Below, piece after piece: positions 24,001 to 39,000 of a stretch of DNA of 64,000 nucleotides (position 1 is the stretch's first letter; each line of letters starts with the position of its first letter). The stretch comes from Cyanophora paradoxa CCMP329. Lineage: Eukaryota; Plantae; Glaucophyta. Both the position numbers and the translations under genes were made by a program. Under the pieces are notes generated by a model, which saw only the letters and a program-made list of their open reading frames with translations, ran no database searches and had not been told where the DNA came from. The stretch lies in assembly GCA_004431415.1 (NCBI GenBank), contig QPMI01000166.1, positions 62,001 to 126,000 on the forward strand, in the 5' to 3' direction.

Positions 24001-27000
24001 CTCGGGCAGCATTGTCTTGCCTGTCAATCTGCGCGCCCGCACGCCGACGCTCGTCATCGGCAACGCGTCGCGGGGCAGCATTCTGAAGCCGCGTATCGAC
24101 AGCTTCACCGTCGATTTCACGGAGCCGGGTGTTGCCGCCGTCAAGTGGAACCTTGTCCGGGCGAACAGGGGCCTTTCAATGGAGCCCTCGTCGCAGGCAG
24201 TGCTGGGGCAGGGTGCGACGCAGGCGGTGAGCTTCAACCTCTCGTCCGCTGAGCTCGACGACGGCCTGGCGGAGATCGCGGTGGAGGTCGAGATCGGCCC
24301 CGATGACAGCGACTACGTCAGCAGCCGCACCTTCTTCGTCCTCGCAGATCTCCACACCCCGCGCCTCGACGTCCCCGCGCCCTTCGAGAAGCACGCACTC
24401 TTCTCCCAGAACTGGACGCTGTCATTCGTCGTTGGCAATCCGTTCACTTTCGCCGATCTGTCCTTCGCATTCGGGCGCGACTCGAATAACTCCGTGCGCG
24501 TCGAGCCGCACCTGGGCCAGCTCCACCGTGGCAGCAATACTACCATCAACGCCTGGATTGACACGGTTCGTTCTGTAAATCGTCTGTTGCACATTGCCGC
24601 CCGTGCTAACGAGCAATCAGAGCCTTCTCACTGCCGATGCGCCGAACTCCATCAGTATTCCGGTTTCCTCTGGCGAGCTCGAGCCGCTGCCCCAGTACTC
24701 GCAGCTGATCAACATGACTATCGTCACGCACACGCCGAGCATCACGCTGAGCAGCACGTCCGTTACGCTGCAAGCCCTTCGCCCGGATACCGCGTCTGCA
24801 ACCATTACAATTACCAATCCGTTTGACTTCACGGCTATCGACGCGAGTATCGACAATACCGGATTCCCGCCTTGCATCAGCGTCTCTCAGACGACTTTCA
24901 GCTTGGACCGGTGCGCATGCGTTGTGGCTTGCTGCGCATATCTCCGCTGATTTACCGCTTGCAGAAGCGGCTCGGCTGCATTCGTCGTGACCTTCGATTC
25001 CAACAACCTTAGCGACCGCGACATTGATTCGCTCACGATCGACATCTTGGTTGAGAACTCCGGTTCGTGGCATATCTTTCAAATAGAATCCCTTGGCCTA
25101 ACTTTGTCGCCAGTCACTGTTCGCTTGGTTGTGAACTACGAGGCTCGCACCGCTGTTCTCACGGGATCGCTAACCTCGTTCACGTTCCAAGCGCTGCAGC
25201 CGCAGCAGAAGACGACCCAGCTGCAGCTGTCGAACGCAATCACATTCGCGGCCATTTCCTATGATTCCAGTGGCCTTCCAGCGTGGCTTTCTGTTTCACC
25301 CGCATCTGGAGCTGTCGCTGCAAACAGCTCCACCACTGTAGACGTGACTTTCGTGTCCGACCAGTACGACCGCATCGGGGAGGCTTCTCTGAGTGAGGGT
25401 CGTCAGTTCTCGCTCATTCTCTCGGGCGGAGCCGCGGCCAACGGCTCGTTTGTCTTAAGCGTCCAAGCGCAAGTCCTGAACGCGGCGGTCGATTTTACAA
25501 ACGCACCACTGACTCCCATTGTCACTCGGCCCCTGTCTTCCGTTCAGGACAGCATTTCGCTTTCAAGTGCGCTTCTAATTTCGCTAATTACGCTGTCTTT
25601 TTTTCGCTGACCCCGGTACAGACCCCTTCGATTTCTCGGGTGTTCAAGTCACGTTCGTGAGGGCAGACTTCCCGAGTTGGATCGCCCTCACCAGTGGATC
25701 GGCGACCGTATCGCTGGCCGCCTCTGGATCGACAACCGTTGGCATCTCGTTCAACGCGACAGCCGCCTCTGGCATCCCAGCCAACGACGACGCGATCACC
25801 GTGTCGCTGCCCGCTTACGTTGTTCCCGACGGCGTGAATGGCCTCGGTCGCCGGAACGTAAGCGTTACAATTATGCCCATCCTCCGCACACCAAGGGCTA
25901 CATTCGACAAGTCATCCATTTCGCTCTCTGCGATCGGGACCACGACTGCACCCGAGAGCATCACGCTCACAAACCCCACCGGTGGGATTTGCTCCTTGAT
26001 ACTTAGGCACTTTAATTGATCTTCTTTTCTGCAGATTTCCCTGTCACTTGGTCTATTGTCACCGGCAAATCTTACCTGTCGGCGTCTGTGGCCAGTGGCA
26101 CCATCGCGCCTGGTGACACAAACACAACCGCCATCACTTTCGATCCAACGAAGCTCAGCGGCAACTCCGCCACCGGCGCAATAAGCTTCTACTTCAGTGG
26201 CGTGGGCACTGTCTGCGACGCGTCCTCGGCCTGCCTCTCGCAGACTGTCGACTTCACCGTGACCAGTGCCAAGACTGTGCTCACCATGTCGCCCATGCAG
26301 CCAACGATCACCGCAATCAAGCCGGCGACCAACGTGTCCATCGTCGTCAACATCACCAACCCTGAGCCTCTTGCTCTCAACTACGCCTTCGACGCGGCTG
26401 TGCTCCCGTCGTACGTCGTACTCGACCCGCCGGTTGGGGTTGTACCGGCGATGACTACCGTGCCTCTGACTATCTGGGTGAACCCGTCCGACCCGACGGC
26501 GGCGTCTGGCTCGCTTGGCCCAAGCACCACACCGCACTTGCTCCGGGGCACCATTGAGGGCTCTGCCTGGAACGCGTCGAACATCCTCACCCTCGGCATC
26601 TTCATCGTGACGCCCGCCCTGACACCGTCTCCGGCCGCGGCAACCATTCAGGGTTTCCGCCCCAACATTGTGAATGGATCCATCACGCTCACAAACCCGT
26701 CTGCCGTGCTTCCGATGTTCTTCAACTTCAACAGCCTCCCGTCGTACATTCGCGTCTTCCCGGCGTCTGGCACCATTGCAAAGTCTGGGAGCCGTGCTGT
26801 CACCGTTTCGCTTGTCACGGCCGACATGTCGAGCGATAATGCTGACGACACCATCGTCGCTAGTGTCCTCGCCATCGAGAATGACGTTCCGGTGGAGCCC
26901 GGCCTCTCTTTCTCTTTCAACGTCACGTCGATCACCGGTGCGGTACTGTCACTCCGGGCTTCTTCCTATAATTTGAACTCACACGCTCCGTTTGCAGGCA

Positions 27001-30000
27001 CGCGCCGCCTGGCGTTTGACAGGCTCAGCAACTTCTCCACGATTGCTGGCTCGATTGACAAGTTGACCTTCAGCGTAAGGAACCCACTGCTTCTTCCAGT
27101 CTCGTGGAACTTCAACAAGCTCCTTTACGGCAACAATAACGAGCTCTCGTTTGCGTACGCATCCGGCGTCACGGCACCGATTACGCTCCAGCCCGGCGCT
27201 TCGGTCAATGTCACCGCCACCATCGATGCCTCCCAGCTGTCAGAGAGCCAGCTTCAATACGAGTACTTTATCTCAGGCGACGTCTCCGGCGCTCCGTTCG
27301 GCCTGACGCTTGTCGTTTCGCTCCGTGTTGCGCGCCTGGAGACGTCTCCATCTACGCAGAACATTACAGTTGTCGCGCCGAGGTCTGCAGAGGGCTGGTT
27401 CGTGCTTAACAATACTGTCGACTTCGCAATCCCGTACAAGCTCGCAACCCCCTCGTTCATCTCCTTCTCTGTGTCCTCTGGCACCCTCCAGGCCTTCGAG
27501 TCGGCCAACATTACATTTTCGATCAAGACGGGCAAGCCTGGTGCTGCGGACGTCATCTCTAGCAGCACGCTATACTCCATCACGGGCACCTACGGCCCCG
27601 CGGACAACTACCGGTTCAGTGTGGCGGTCGACCTTGTTATCCGTGCGCCCGTCACGTTTATACTGCATTCATTTTGCTTTGCTGATTGCTCTATTATCAA
27701 GGCAATCCTCGTGCCTTCATCAACGATGCCGAGACGGGCTCTGTTTTGCTCTTCTAGTGCGCTTGTCTTTCTTTGAGGAGCTGTTGAACAGCGTTTGACT
27801 TTATCTCGCCCCGCAGCGCCCTTCGCCCCGACAACGCGACTGGTTCGGCACTCATGCGCTTGGTGGACACGGACAAGTTTTCCTTCAGCACGAGCGAGTC
27901 TGCTGCGAAGTGGCTTGTGGTTGATCCGATGTCTGGTGCGCCGAACGCGCGGCCGCTCGACGAGCCAGTTGTTGAACGTTTTCTGCGCAGGCACGGCTTC
28001 CGGGACCACGGCTGTCAACTTCACGGTCATTACGGAGAACCTGTTCGCGAACACCACCGCCCTCAGCGTGTACCCGGTCGAAACCGTCGGGCTCGCCGCC
28101 GATGGTGCGGCTCTGTCACGGCTGCCCTGCCCTATCCTAATGACGCTCTTGCGAGCAGAGAACACTGGCTTCAACTGCATCGTGAAGGTCATCGCCTCAA
28201 CTGCACGCGTCCAGGCGACGCCCTCGAGCCTTGCGATCGACACTCTGAGGGCCTCAAGAAACTCGCGCAGCTGGAAGACAGTCACCATCCGTAACCCAGT
28301 CGACGGGTGAGCAGGGGGTCATTAGACTCGCTTTGTCACCTCGTCATCACTCGCGCTTTTTGCATCGCAGCTTCACGCTGGTCGTCACGCCCTCCAACGG
28401 GGGATTGAGCTGGCTGACGCTATCGCTGCCCGGTGGCGCATCGAGCATCGACCTCGAGCCGGCGGCGAGTGTTACGCTGAACGTCACAATCGACGGCGAC
28501 TCGGCACTCTCCAACCCCTTGTCGCCCGATTCGCCCACTGTTGTTCAGGTTAGCGGCACTCTCCGCAACAAGGCTGGCGTCAGTGAGACCACTGTCACTC
28601 TTTTCACGCTCACTGCTACTGGTGCGAACTTTTGCTCTGTGTGGCTCTCGCTGTGTTGTTCCTGACGCATACACAGCTTTCACTCCCAACATTACCGCTG
28701 ACGAGTCTGCTCTGTCGCTTTACGTCGCGAAGTCTCAGCAGCTTATGTCAGTGTCGGTCGCCCTCAAGAGCACCGTCAGCATCCCTCAGCTCTACACGTT
28801 TGATACTTCGAATCTGCCCACGGGTGTTACGGTCGCGAGCGGCGCGACCGGATCCGTCAGCAAGACAGCGGATGCTGCACTTGTCCTTTCGCTGAGGACC
28901 GACGGCGCCGGCAGCATCAGTTCTCCTCTTAATACGCAACTGACGGGAACCGTGGAAGGGCGTGCTTTCACGTTCGCTCTCTCTGTCACTGCCGTGGATG
29001 CGCGGGTCGACTTCTCGCCGAAGCCAGCCATTGTGCCGGTCACGAAGCCCACAAACAGTTCTGCAGTGCCGATCACCATCACCAAGTGCGCCGTCTGATC
29101 TCTCGATCGATCCGTGTGATCTTGATCTAACTTTTGCAATCGTGCAGCCCCCTTGCGGTTCCGCTGGAGTGGAACATCGTTGACGTGCCGGCGTGGATCT
29201 CATTCGCGCCTTCGTCCGGATCTCTCACGGCGGGGTCGAGCTCCACCACATCAGTTACCATCCTGCAGTCCACTCTTGAAGTGCGCTCTTACAGCTACAA
29301 CGTGGGATTCACCGTTCAGAAGCCTGGCGATGCGTCAAGTGCGTTTGTATCACCGCTCATTGTGCATGTTGCTTTCATCTGACGCATTTCTTTTCATTTC
29401 AGCCGTCAAGACCGTCACCCTGAACGTCACCGCCATCGTCGATGGAGCGATCATTGGCGTCTTCGCTGACCCGGTCACCGTTCAGGTGCTTCCTGTGCTC
29501 TCGCCCCTCATTTCTTTTTCTCTCTGAATGACCACCACTTCATTCAGTATCCGGACTCGGTTTCCTTTGCGGTCACGGTGTTGAATACGGGGACGCGCGC
29601 GTCCTCAGCCGGCACCCTCTCGTTCAGTCCCGCCACCGCGTTGGTCCTGGACAAGCCGGAAGGAGCCAAAGACGGGTCTATCCCTATTCCTGGCATCGAA
29701 GTGGGAGGTACGCACACGCCTACGACTTTATAGCGAAAGCCCCGTGCGAGCGACCCAACTGGTGTTTTCGCAGTGCCGACGACGTTCAACTTCACTCTGA
29801 AGTCGGACATGCTTTCATCTTTCAGCGTGTCGACCTTGTCTCTTTCGCTCAGTTTCACTGTGTACCCGCCAACACTGCAGAAGAGCATTGGTCTGTCCGT
29901 TCTGAACCCGATCGCGGTGCCGGCGTCCGCCACCATCTCGGAGACCATGCTATGGTGAGCACTGCCTCAAACAATGCAATTGCGTGTGTGTATTAACCAC

Positions 30001-33000
30001 AAATCCAGGCCGGCAACACAATCGAGAACCGTGACAATCCAGAACACCGTGCGCCAATCGCATTTAACGGCATTGTCTAGTCCCTTACGCCCGTGCTTCC
30101 CAGGGCAACGGACGTCTCGATCTCACAATGCCAGCAAGCACGCCCTCTTGGCTTTCGGTCTCTCCCTCGTCGTCGGCGTCCGTCGCCGCCGGGGCATCGA
30201 CCGTTGTGACGATATCCATGGACACAAACACGATGGGTGGTGCGAGCGACTAGCGCCCTCTTACGTACCTTCTCTCATCTCATCTTGCGTGACAGCCGCG
30301 ACGAGCGCTGGTGGAGTCGTCAATTTCCCGGTCGTAATTGTCACGAACGCGTATCTCGTGGCCGGCACTCTGCAACAGCAGTCGATCACCATCGATGTGA
30401 CTGTTACCTGGAGCCAGCCTATTCTGGGCACCCCGTCGCTTTCATCCAACCCGCTGCGGGCACGTGCTTTGCTTCTCTTTTTAAGTACTCCGCTTACGAA
30501 AAGTTCTTTCAGGCCGCGTACGGCTCGGTGGTCACGGGCACGCTTTCGTTCAGCAACCTGGGCGGTGCGCCCCTCGCGTGGAGCATCACAGGCATTCCGT
30601 CGTGGGCCTCCTTGGCCTCGTCCAGCGGCACGCTCGCGGCCTCCGGGGCAGCGTCGCTGACGATCACCCTCGACTCAAATTCCGCGCCCTCTTCGGCCGT
30701 GGGTTCCGCTGTCAGCGCTGTTCTGACGATCGACGGGAACGGTCGCGACGTGCATGATCAGGTGCCTCTTGTCGCTCTGAGCTCTTTGGGGTTGTTCACT
30801 CATCTGGACGCAGACTCTGACCGTGACATTCGTGGTCGAGGCTCCGCTCATGGCGCTCGTGCCCACGAAGATGTCTCTGTTCGCGTACCGCACTAGTACG
30901 GCCCCGACGGTCAGCTACACGGTCAAGAACGTGGGCAACGCGCCCTTGACCAAGCTCCGGTGCGGATCCAAGTGATTTTCCGCCGTGCGCTTGGTGCAGC
31001 GTTTGACTCCAGTATCTCCCACAGCTACGGCCTGGACGATGCGAGCTTCTCGGAATACGACACCAACACGCCCTGGCTGCCGCCCGGCCTCTTGTCCGCC
31101 ATTTTTTATGTCCTTTTCGAACGCTCGTGCGCTGACGATAGACGAGCAGCGAATCGTTCGCCAACTCTACCGGCCTCGATCTCTGCAGCAGCAGCACTGT
31201 GTGTGAGCGGACTTTCTCGGGCTCCGTCAAGCTCGAAAAGTACGCGCGCGCCGTGGGACCTCCGTTACGGCTCGCGACGCTTACCCTTCAACAGGGCCGA
31301 GCCGACGAACTTGCGGACCTTCTGGTTCGCGTCTAACGACCCCATCACTCCGCGGCGGAACATCACCATCGACCTGCGGGTTGAAGACTGCGAGCCAGGC
31401 TTTGTGCTCGACTGGTGTAGTGCGCCTTGTCCCGCTTGCACTCGCGCGCATTTTCGGTCCCTCATAATAACGCGATGCAGGCACGTGTGTCCTGCCTACG
31501 GATCTGTCGGCGAACCAGAGCTGCGTCATCAAGCATTACTCGGGCACTCCCATGGCTCAGATCGTCACGTCGAGCATGAGCATCCCGGCCACTGGCAAGT
31601 GGACGTTCACCGTGAAGCGCAACTCCGTGCGCAACTCGCTCGGCGTCAACTCGGCGGGCCAGGACGAGTTCACCCACTACGACGTCGCCCGCCTGTGCGT
31701 TGAAGTTCCCGTCTTCGACAAACACGCCAGACCTGATTCGATTTGCGCAGCACATTCGACGGGACGTCAACACAGATGGTGCTGCTGAATGTGGACCGCA
31801 CGGATAACTTTATTCTGAAGGATGGCCGCGGCACGGTCATCGGATCTTCGGCAGCTTCTTACGATGCCGTCTTTGAGGTCACGATTCCTGCTGCGAATGC
31901 CTCGAGCATCTCCCGCTCCTCGACGTACGCCGTCGTCCGCCGCATTCCGGAGGGCACGACCATCCGGTGCCGCACCGAGGGCAACGAGTACGTTGTGGAC
32001 GCTTGCGGCCTATGCCTCAAGGCGGACTCGCCGCTCATCAACAAGACCTGTGCAGTGCGTGTCGGCCTGGATCGGACTTGTTTTCCAGACTTACCGTTCC
32101 CTGCAGGATTGCGCAGGCGTGCCGAACGGAAAGTCGACCTACGATCTCTGCGGCAGATGTTGTACGTTTCTCTGCTTTTCAGGGGGCGTTGCCGGCTTTG
32201 TGTTAACGTTCCACCGTGCAGACCTTCCGGCGGAAGGCTGCCGCAAGCAAACTGGCGTTAACCTCTTCTCACTCGCGGCCTGCAACGGAAAGCGCCTCGA
32301 CGGGCCTACCGGGGCGGAGCTTGCCGCAGTCTGTGTGGACTGCCGTGGTCTCTACCACGGTGACTTCGCCGCGGATGCTTGGGAACCCAAGGTCCTGGAT
32401 GCTTGTAACGTTTGCGGCGGTATGTGACATCCCACACTGCGATGAGCAAAGTTTGGTTGCTGAAACACCACCGCAGGCACGGGCTCATCGTGCAAGGGCT
32501 GCGACAACGTGCCCTACCCTCCTCCAGCGGATCGAAAGATATTCGACGTCTGCGGTTAGTCTCTTTTTTTCGAAATTCATTGCGCTTAACCGTTTCGCTA
32601 ATGGAGCCTTTCGTAACAGGGCAGTGCCTGTTCCCTGGGCAAGATAATGCAACATTCTCCGAGGCGTGCAAACCAACCGTGACTGACTTGACCCCACAGG
32701 CGGCACGCAGGGTAAGTATGTATTATCTCCCACACGATCTCGATTCTTAGAGTATCGCAGGGCCTGACGACTATTACTCTCACGGGCACCAACTTCCGGT
32801 CGTCTAGCACGAATGTCGTTGTATCAAACGACGCACGGCTCGTGTTCAGGCCCAGGAGCGGCGCCGGTGTCGCGATCACCATGTCGGCCACCATTTTCAG
32901 TGACACCGTAATCACAAGCACGATCCCTGCCACCGCGCCATTCGGCATTTACAGCGTTGAGCTGGTGCTCCTGCGCTCTGGCACGAACACCGCGGGCGGC

Positions 33001-36000
33001 TACTCGAGCTCGAAGACGTACAATGTTGACGCGCCGAAATCCCTCGTCGTAATATGTGCGGCGCTAGTTTCGATGTCTTGGTACGCGCAAGGCTTCGGCT
33101 AATGCTCGTTCGCAGCGAGCACGCCGCAGCGTGTCGTGAGGATGCTCAGCGGCTGGACTCGCGACTCGACGGCGACCTCCGCAGTGGTCTCCATGCAGCT
33201 CTCCCCCGGCCTCGACGCTCCGGAGTTCGAGAACCTGCGGAACCAGAGTCTGAACATCTGCGTTCGCTTCTTCCCGCCATCGGGGTCCAACTTCGTTACG
33301 GCTACCGTGCCTTACACGAACACGCCGACCGGCTCCAACTCGGCGCTCAGCCAGTCCTCCGCCTCCTCAACATACAACCTGCTCACCGTCGCCAACCTCG
33401 GCGCCCTGTCCGTCCCGGATGGCAGTGTGGATCTTCCTTACCGAGTGGAGGTTTCGCGCAACTGCTTCGACTACCCCACCAACGGCGCCTGTCCGAAGAC
33501 AGCTTGCTGGACCGGCGGCGACTGCAATTGTCTGCACGCATTCAATTCGCCCACCATATCTTCAATCAGGCCGGCAGTCATCGCGAAGAGCAGCATCGCC
33601 AGGACCCCATCCGCTGCGATCATCACAATCACTGGCCAGAACTTCCTGGCTCGCGCCACGTCCTGTCGCGTTCGTGACGGCAGCGGCAACGAGGTGGTTG
33701 GTGTTGCAGCGTTGGTTGAAGACGCGTCGACCGACATGACGTGCACGCTGCCCACCGCTGCCAGCACACCGCTCTCTGGTGCCATCACTGTCGAGGTCAC
33801 GTCGCTGGTGAGTGCTGTGGTTTTCTACTGTTAGAAATACACATCTTATAGCTCTTTTAGACTCCAGCGACGGGTTCGGGCAATGCCTGGGACGGCGCTG
33901 TGGCGGCGGCGAACAAGTCCTGCGTCTACGGTGAGTTTGCTTTGTACTCCATTGTACTCGCTAGCACGCAATGCTTAGTACTTCTCCAGAATCGCCTTCT
34001 CTCGCTTCGCTGTCCCCGGTCCTTGGTGGCACCGGCGCCGGCACCCCGATCACGATTGCAATGAACTCTGCGGTGTTCTCTGCATGCGATGCGGTCCGTC
34101 CGATCAATTCTCTGTCCGTTTCCCTAGTTGACTGCGTGCAAGCAGGACCCAGTGGCCACGTGCGTGTTCAAGTACGGCATGGTCGCTCGGGCTACGGTTG
34201 CTACGGTTGCTAAGGGTGACACCGGCGTCCACTGCGCGTCCGCCGCTATGTTCGGCTCCAGCACGAGCCCGGCGGTCTCGCTCCGCTTCGCCGACGGAAT
34301 GGAATCGACCAACTCGCTGAACTACACCCACTACTCGATCTCGTCGATCAGCCTGTCGCCGCCCGCAGCTTCCGCCGGCAAGCAAAACGTCCACGTCGCT
34401 ATGACGATTACCGGTGCCAGTTTCGAATCTCTGGCGAGCCCCGCGTGCCGCCTCGTAAACAACACGGCTGCGATGGGCGAGACGGCTATTCTCGGCACTG
34501 TTTCCGGCAGCGGCTCATCCTTCACATGCTCTTTCGGCGACGTTGCCATGCCTCCAACGCCGGGCTCGTACCGCGTTCGCTTTGCTCCCAACGGCAACAT
34601 AGATCTCGCGACTGATCGCGTCGGCACTCCGTTCACCGTCTTCCGTATGCACTGGTCCCTGTCTCACCCCGGTTTTCCTTCTGACGGATTTCCGCAGCTG
34701 CTCCGAGCGGGCTCTCCGTCTCTCCACGTGCGGCCACCAGATCCTCGAACGTCCCGATCACAATTACTGGCAGCAACCTCGAATCCACGGCCTGTCTCTT
34801 CGAGGGCAAGGTCACTGGCTCCAACGCGACCTCGGCTGCCGTCGCAGGTTCTTCGTCTGCATCGCAGCTCGTTTGCAACCTGCCTGCGAGCCTGCCCGAT
34901 GGCGCCTACAAACTTTCCGTTCGAGTGCGCTTCGTCTAAGCTGAGGCGTTCCACGGAGAGCTGATTGCCGCTGCAGGCCTACGGGTCGGAGTCGTTCGAC
35001 ACGGGCATTGTGTTTGTCGTCGTTCCGACCTACGTCACGAGCGGCCTCAACGCCACCGCGTGGACTGTGTCATCGCCGCTCGCGGCAACCTCGGTCCGAG
35101 ACGTTAGCATCGACGATGACTTGCTTGGTGGTAACGGCATCCGCCTCACCATCAACAACTACGCTGCCAACACCGCGAGGTCGTTCTACAAGGTCTGTCT
35201 GGATTTCTTGGTGCTGCTTCGAAGTGCTCACTAAGTTTGCAACTTCGCTGTGCAGACCTCCGCGATGAGCTGCCGTGTCACTGTCACGCGCTGGGATGAC
35301 GCCACGAAGGCGTTCAAGTCAGAGGACCCTGTCTACGGCACTCTTGACGCCCTCGTCGGCACTGCGGTCGTTGGCGACTCAGTGGAGGCAATCAAGTGCT
35401 TCAACCTCGGGAGTCTGAAGACTGGCGCCGCGATTCTGGGCGTTAGCTTCGATGGCTCCAACTGGATCACCTTCACTCGCAATACGGGCTCCTGGCAGAG
35501 CACTCGCCCGCGCACTATTGCACTGATCCTACCAACCGGTTTCAACGCCTACTCGTGTAAGTGTTCTTTGAAGCACACTGCGAGCGGATCTCATTCGTTC
35601 CTGCAGCGGGTGTTGCTCCGTTCATCTCTCAGATTGATCCTCCCGCTGGCATTGCAAAGTCCGAGAGCACAATCACGATTTACGGCAACAACTTCTACGG
35701 TTCCGCCACTGTTTGCATGTATGGCACAACAGAAAGCGTAGACACTGTCTACAACACGCGGTCGGCCACTTACGTCAACCCGTCCGTTGTGACATGCACT
35801 GTGCGTCGGCATTCTGTGTGTAACGGTATGCTCTAACAAATCGCTTTCCTCCAGCGGCCCACGGACTCTGCTTCGGGCTCCACGATTGCCAGGACAACTG
35901 TCTTCATCCGCAATACCGCCGCAACCGCGCCCTCGGCCTCTTCAACGTTCATCTTCTGTGCGTGACGCTTTCTGAAGCCACTCTCTCGTTGGCACTTCTA

Positions 36001-39000
36001 AACAGGGTCGGCAGCGGCCACGTCGGCATCTCTCTGCACGGCCTCCGGCACTGGCAGTGGTGGCGCCGGGAACAACGTGGACGCCAGCAGCACAAATCTT
36101 CTGTCGGTCAGGATTGCGGCGATTACGAGCCTGGGCGCGGTGCGTCCACTGTCCTCGTATATCGCTCGCTTTCAGCCGACGTCGGGCTGGCTGCAGAACA
36201 CTGCTGGTGGCGATGTCTTTGTTCTTTCTATCACGAACAGCGATGGCGACGAGGTGGTTTCTACCCGCAGCTCTGCCAGTGACACGGCGGGGATCTCGAA
36301 CGCCGCATACACGGTTCGCATGAAACTGCATGCATTCCCGTATTTTGCAGCTCACGCAGATCCCGCGCAGATCACGAAGTCCAGCTACAGCGAGCCAACG
36401 GGAACCTTCAACATCCGCGTTACGTTCGGCGGCGAAGCCATCTCGGGCTATCCTCGCACGATTGTTGTTAACCCGCGTCCGCTCGCGCCGGCATCGACCC
36501 TTGCCACAGCCAGCGACACAAACGCGGACTCGATCGCCACGGTCTGGGTTCAGATGCGCGACGACCTGCTGAACGCGTGCCCTCCGGACGAGACGAAGCT
36601 CCCCGCCGTCGCTTTCACCCACGACGATGGCGCCACGGCAGCGACGGCAACCTGCAGCCACACGACCAAGGGGCTGTACAACTGCACTGCCAGCCTCACC
36701 AAGTCGGGCTCGTGGAACGTCACAACCACTGTGAGCGGTACCAGGGTGGCGACTGTTGGCTCCCCCATCAACGTCGCACCCGGCGCACCTGTAGCCAGCA
36801 GCCTCAAGTCTGTCGTTTTCGGCACGAACAACGTCAATGGCGAGGCCAAGGAGTGGAAGGCGGGCAACCTGCGGCTGGTCGCTGGAACGGATGTGCCGAG
36901 CGTGCGCGCCGCCATCGATGACAGGCACGGCAACCCGGTAAAGACTGCGTCCTTGTACGCGACCTTCGGCGTTGGCGAGCACCTCATGACGTTCTCGGAT
37001 TCGCTTGGCGTGTACGCCGTCGACATGCCCGTCCCCGAAGTAACCGGCCCCTACATCTCGACCGTGTTCCTCCGCCTGGGTGGCGCCAGTTCCTTCGGTG
37101 ACGAGGCCACGACTCGCAGCTCGTTCACGGTCGTCGCCGCTACTCTCGACCTGACGAAGACGACCGTCGCATATGATTCCGCTTTCACTATTGGCGGGAC
37201 CGCGTCCACGCGGACCTTCCAGATCACCGCTGGCGAGACGAGCACCATCCGCGTGACTGCGCGCGATCGCTTCGGCAACCTGCGCGAAGGCTCGTCTCTC
37301 AGCGACGCCATCACCTCGGACGAAGGCCTCGTTCCTATTTCTATTGAGCGCGATGGCGCGGGATCTGCCGTCTACATGTAAGTTCGATTCATAGTACATT
37401 GGTATGTGTTAGGTCGCTCACGCTCTTGCGCAGCATTCGCTACCGCCGAACCATCCAGCGCGTCCTCACCGGCGGGCACTGGATCAAGGCGAACGGCGAG
37501 TACCTCATATTCGACGGCGCAGCTCCGTATCCCTTCGATCTGGCCATCGTGGCCAATGTCCCGAGCGCCGCTGGCGTGCAAGTCGTGGACAGCAATGGAA
37601 CCATCACTCAAGCTCCACTCAACGCCCAGCTTGCGAGTGCCCGTGCCGGCGACCATGTGTCCTTCGACATTCGAGTACGGCGTTTGCTGTTGCGCATCGT
37701 TACATGACCCGCTTGACACCTTCCCTGCAGATCCGGGACGCGTTCAACAACTCGCGCGCGTTGCGGGCAGGAGAGACACTCTCGGTGACCGCCGCGCCCG
37801 AGGGCACGATGCAGCCGGCGACCACCGAGGTCCTTGCCGCGTCGATCACGTCGCTGAGCACCAGCAGCTCCACAGCCCACGTGTTGAGGGCCAGCTTCCG
37901 GCCGCTGTCCTACGGGTGAGCCGAGCGCTTCACGGCTCACTGCGGCTGTGCTCACCTTCGTTCGCAGGGCGTACCGCATTTCGGCCACCGTCTCGGGCAC
38001 CCCGGCCGGTGTTCCCATCACCATCCTCGGCTCGAGTGCCCTCGCCGCTCCCATCACTGCCGGTGCGCCCCTCGGAGGGACTCTGCGCTCGTTCGTTCCT
38101 TACGTTCATCAGTGCCCGCGCCGGCGATCCTCTCCGCCATGTTCAACGAGATCGGCACGGAAATCTTTGTCGTGTTCGACAGGACCACCAACAAGCCTGT
38201 CGGCAGCACGACCGGCGCCGGCGCCGAGATGTGCAAGTTCCTCTTTTCCGCCGCGACGGTGTGCCAAGGGTGTTTGTGGTCTTCTTCTTTGGGTATTCAT
38301 CGTGCCCTGTAGGTGGCGACATTCGGGAGCAACCCCAGCTGCTTCTGGACGTCCTTCGCTCAGGTCTCTGTCATCCTCTTCGGCGACGCCACTGTCACTT
38401 TGGGGAGCACTCTCACAACGAATGCTGGCATTGATCTTCGTGTCACCGCGCTCAATTCCGAGCCGTGCGTTGCTGCTTGGTGGCGCTTTTGTTTCTCAAG
38501 TTCATGCGGAACGCACAGTGCGGGCGTTCTCACCGCCGATGTCAAGGCGCCGCTGGCGCCCGCGGCCCCGAGTGTCACGCTTGCGATCCCGTCCGTCGTG
38601 GCCCGCTGCGATGACATCAAGGTCTTTATTCACTGTTCAGTACTGTAAGCGAGTCGGTCCACTTACGTCTTGCGCAGCTGGAGGCGTCTGTGTCGGGGTC
38701 CCGGCTGACGTAGTGCGTGCATGTACCATTTTTTTCCCTTCCTCCGCGCTCTGACCGCGCTCTCTCCGTGCGACCAGCACCTGGTTGAGCGCCGATGCCT
38801 CGTTGAAGCCGTTCATGGTCTCCGGCACAGAATCCTCGTTCCAGTCGATCACCATCCCCGGCGGCAAACTCAATGCAGTGCGCGTTGCTCTTATCGCTCA
38901 TCGCTTGTCCCTCGGCCTCACTGTCGCTGCAGAGCACAAGCTATCCGTTCACGTTCATCGCGACTACGTTCCTCGGCGGCTCGACCACCAGGACCGGATC

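Noticed and set aside
32701-32712. Apparent 12-nt microexon (CACAG|GCGGCACGCAGG|GTAAGT)
   Set aside because: The upstream sequence reads in frame as the IPT start PTVTDLTP, so it is better explained as the end of a longer exon.
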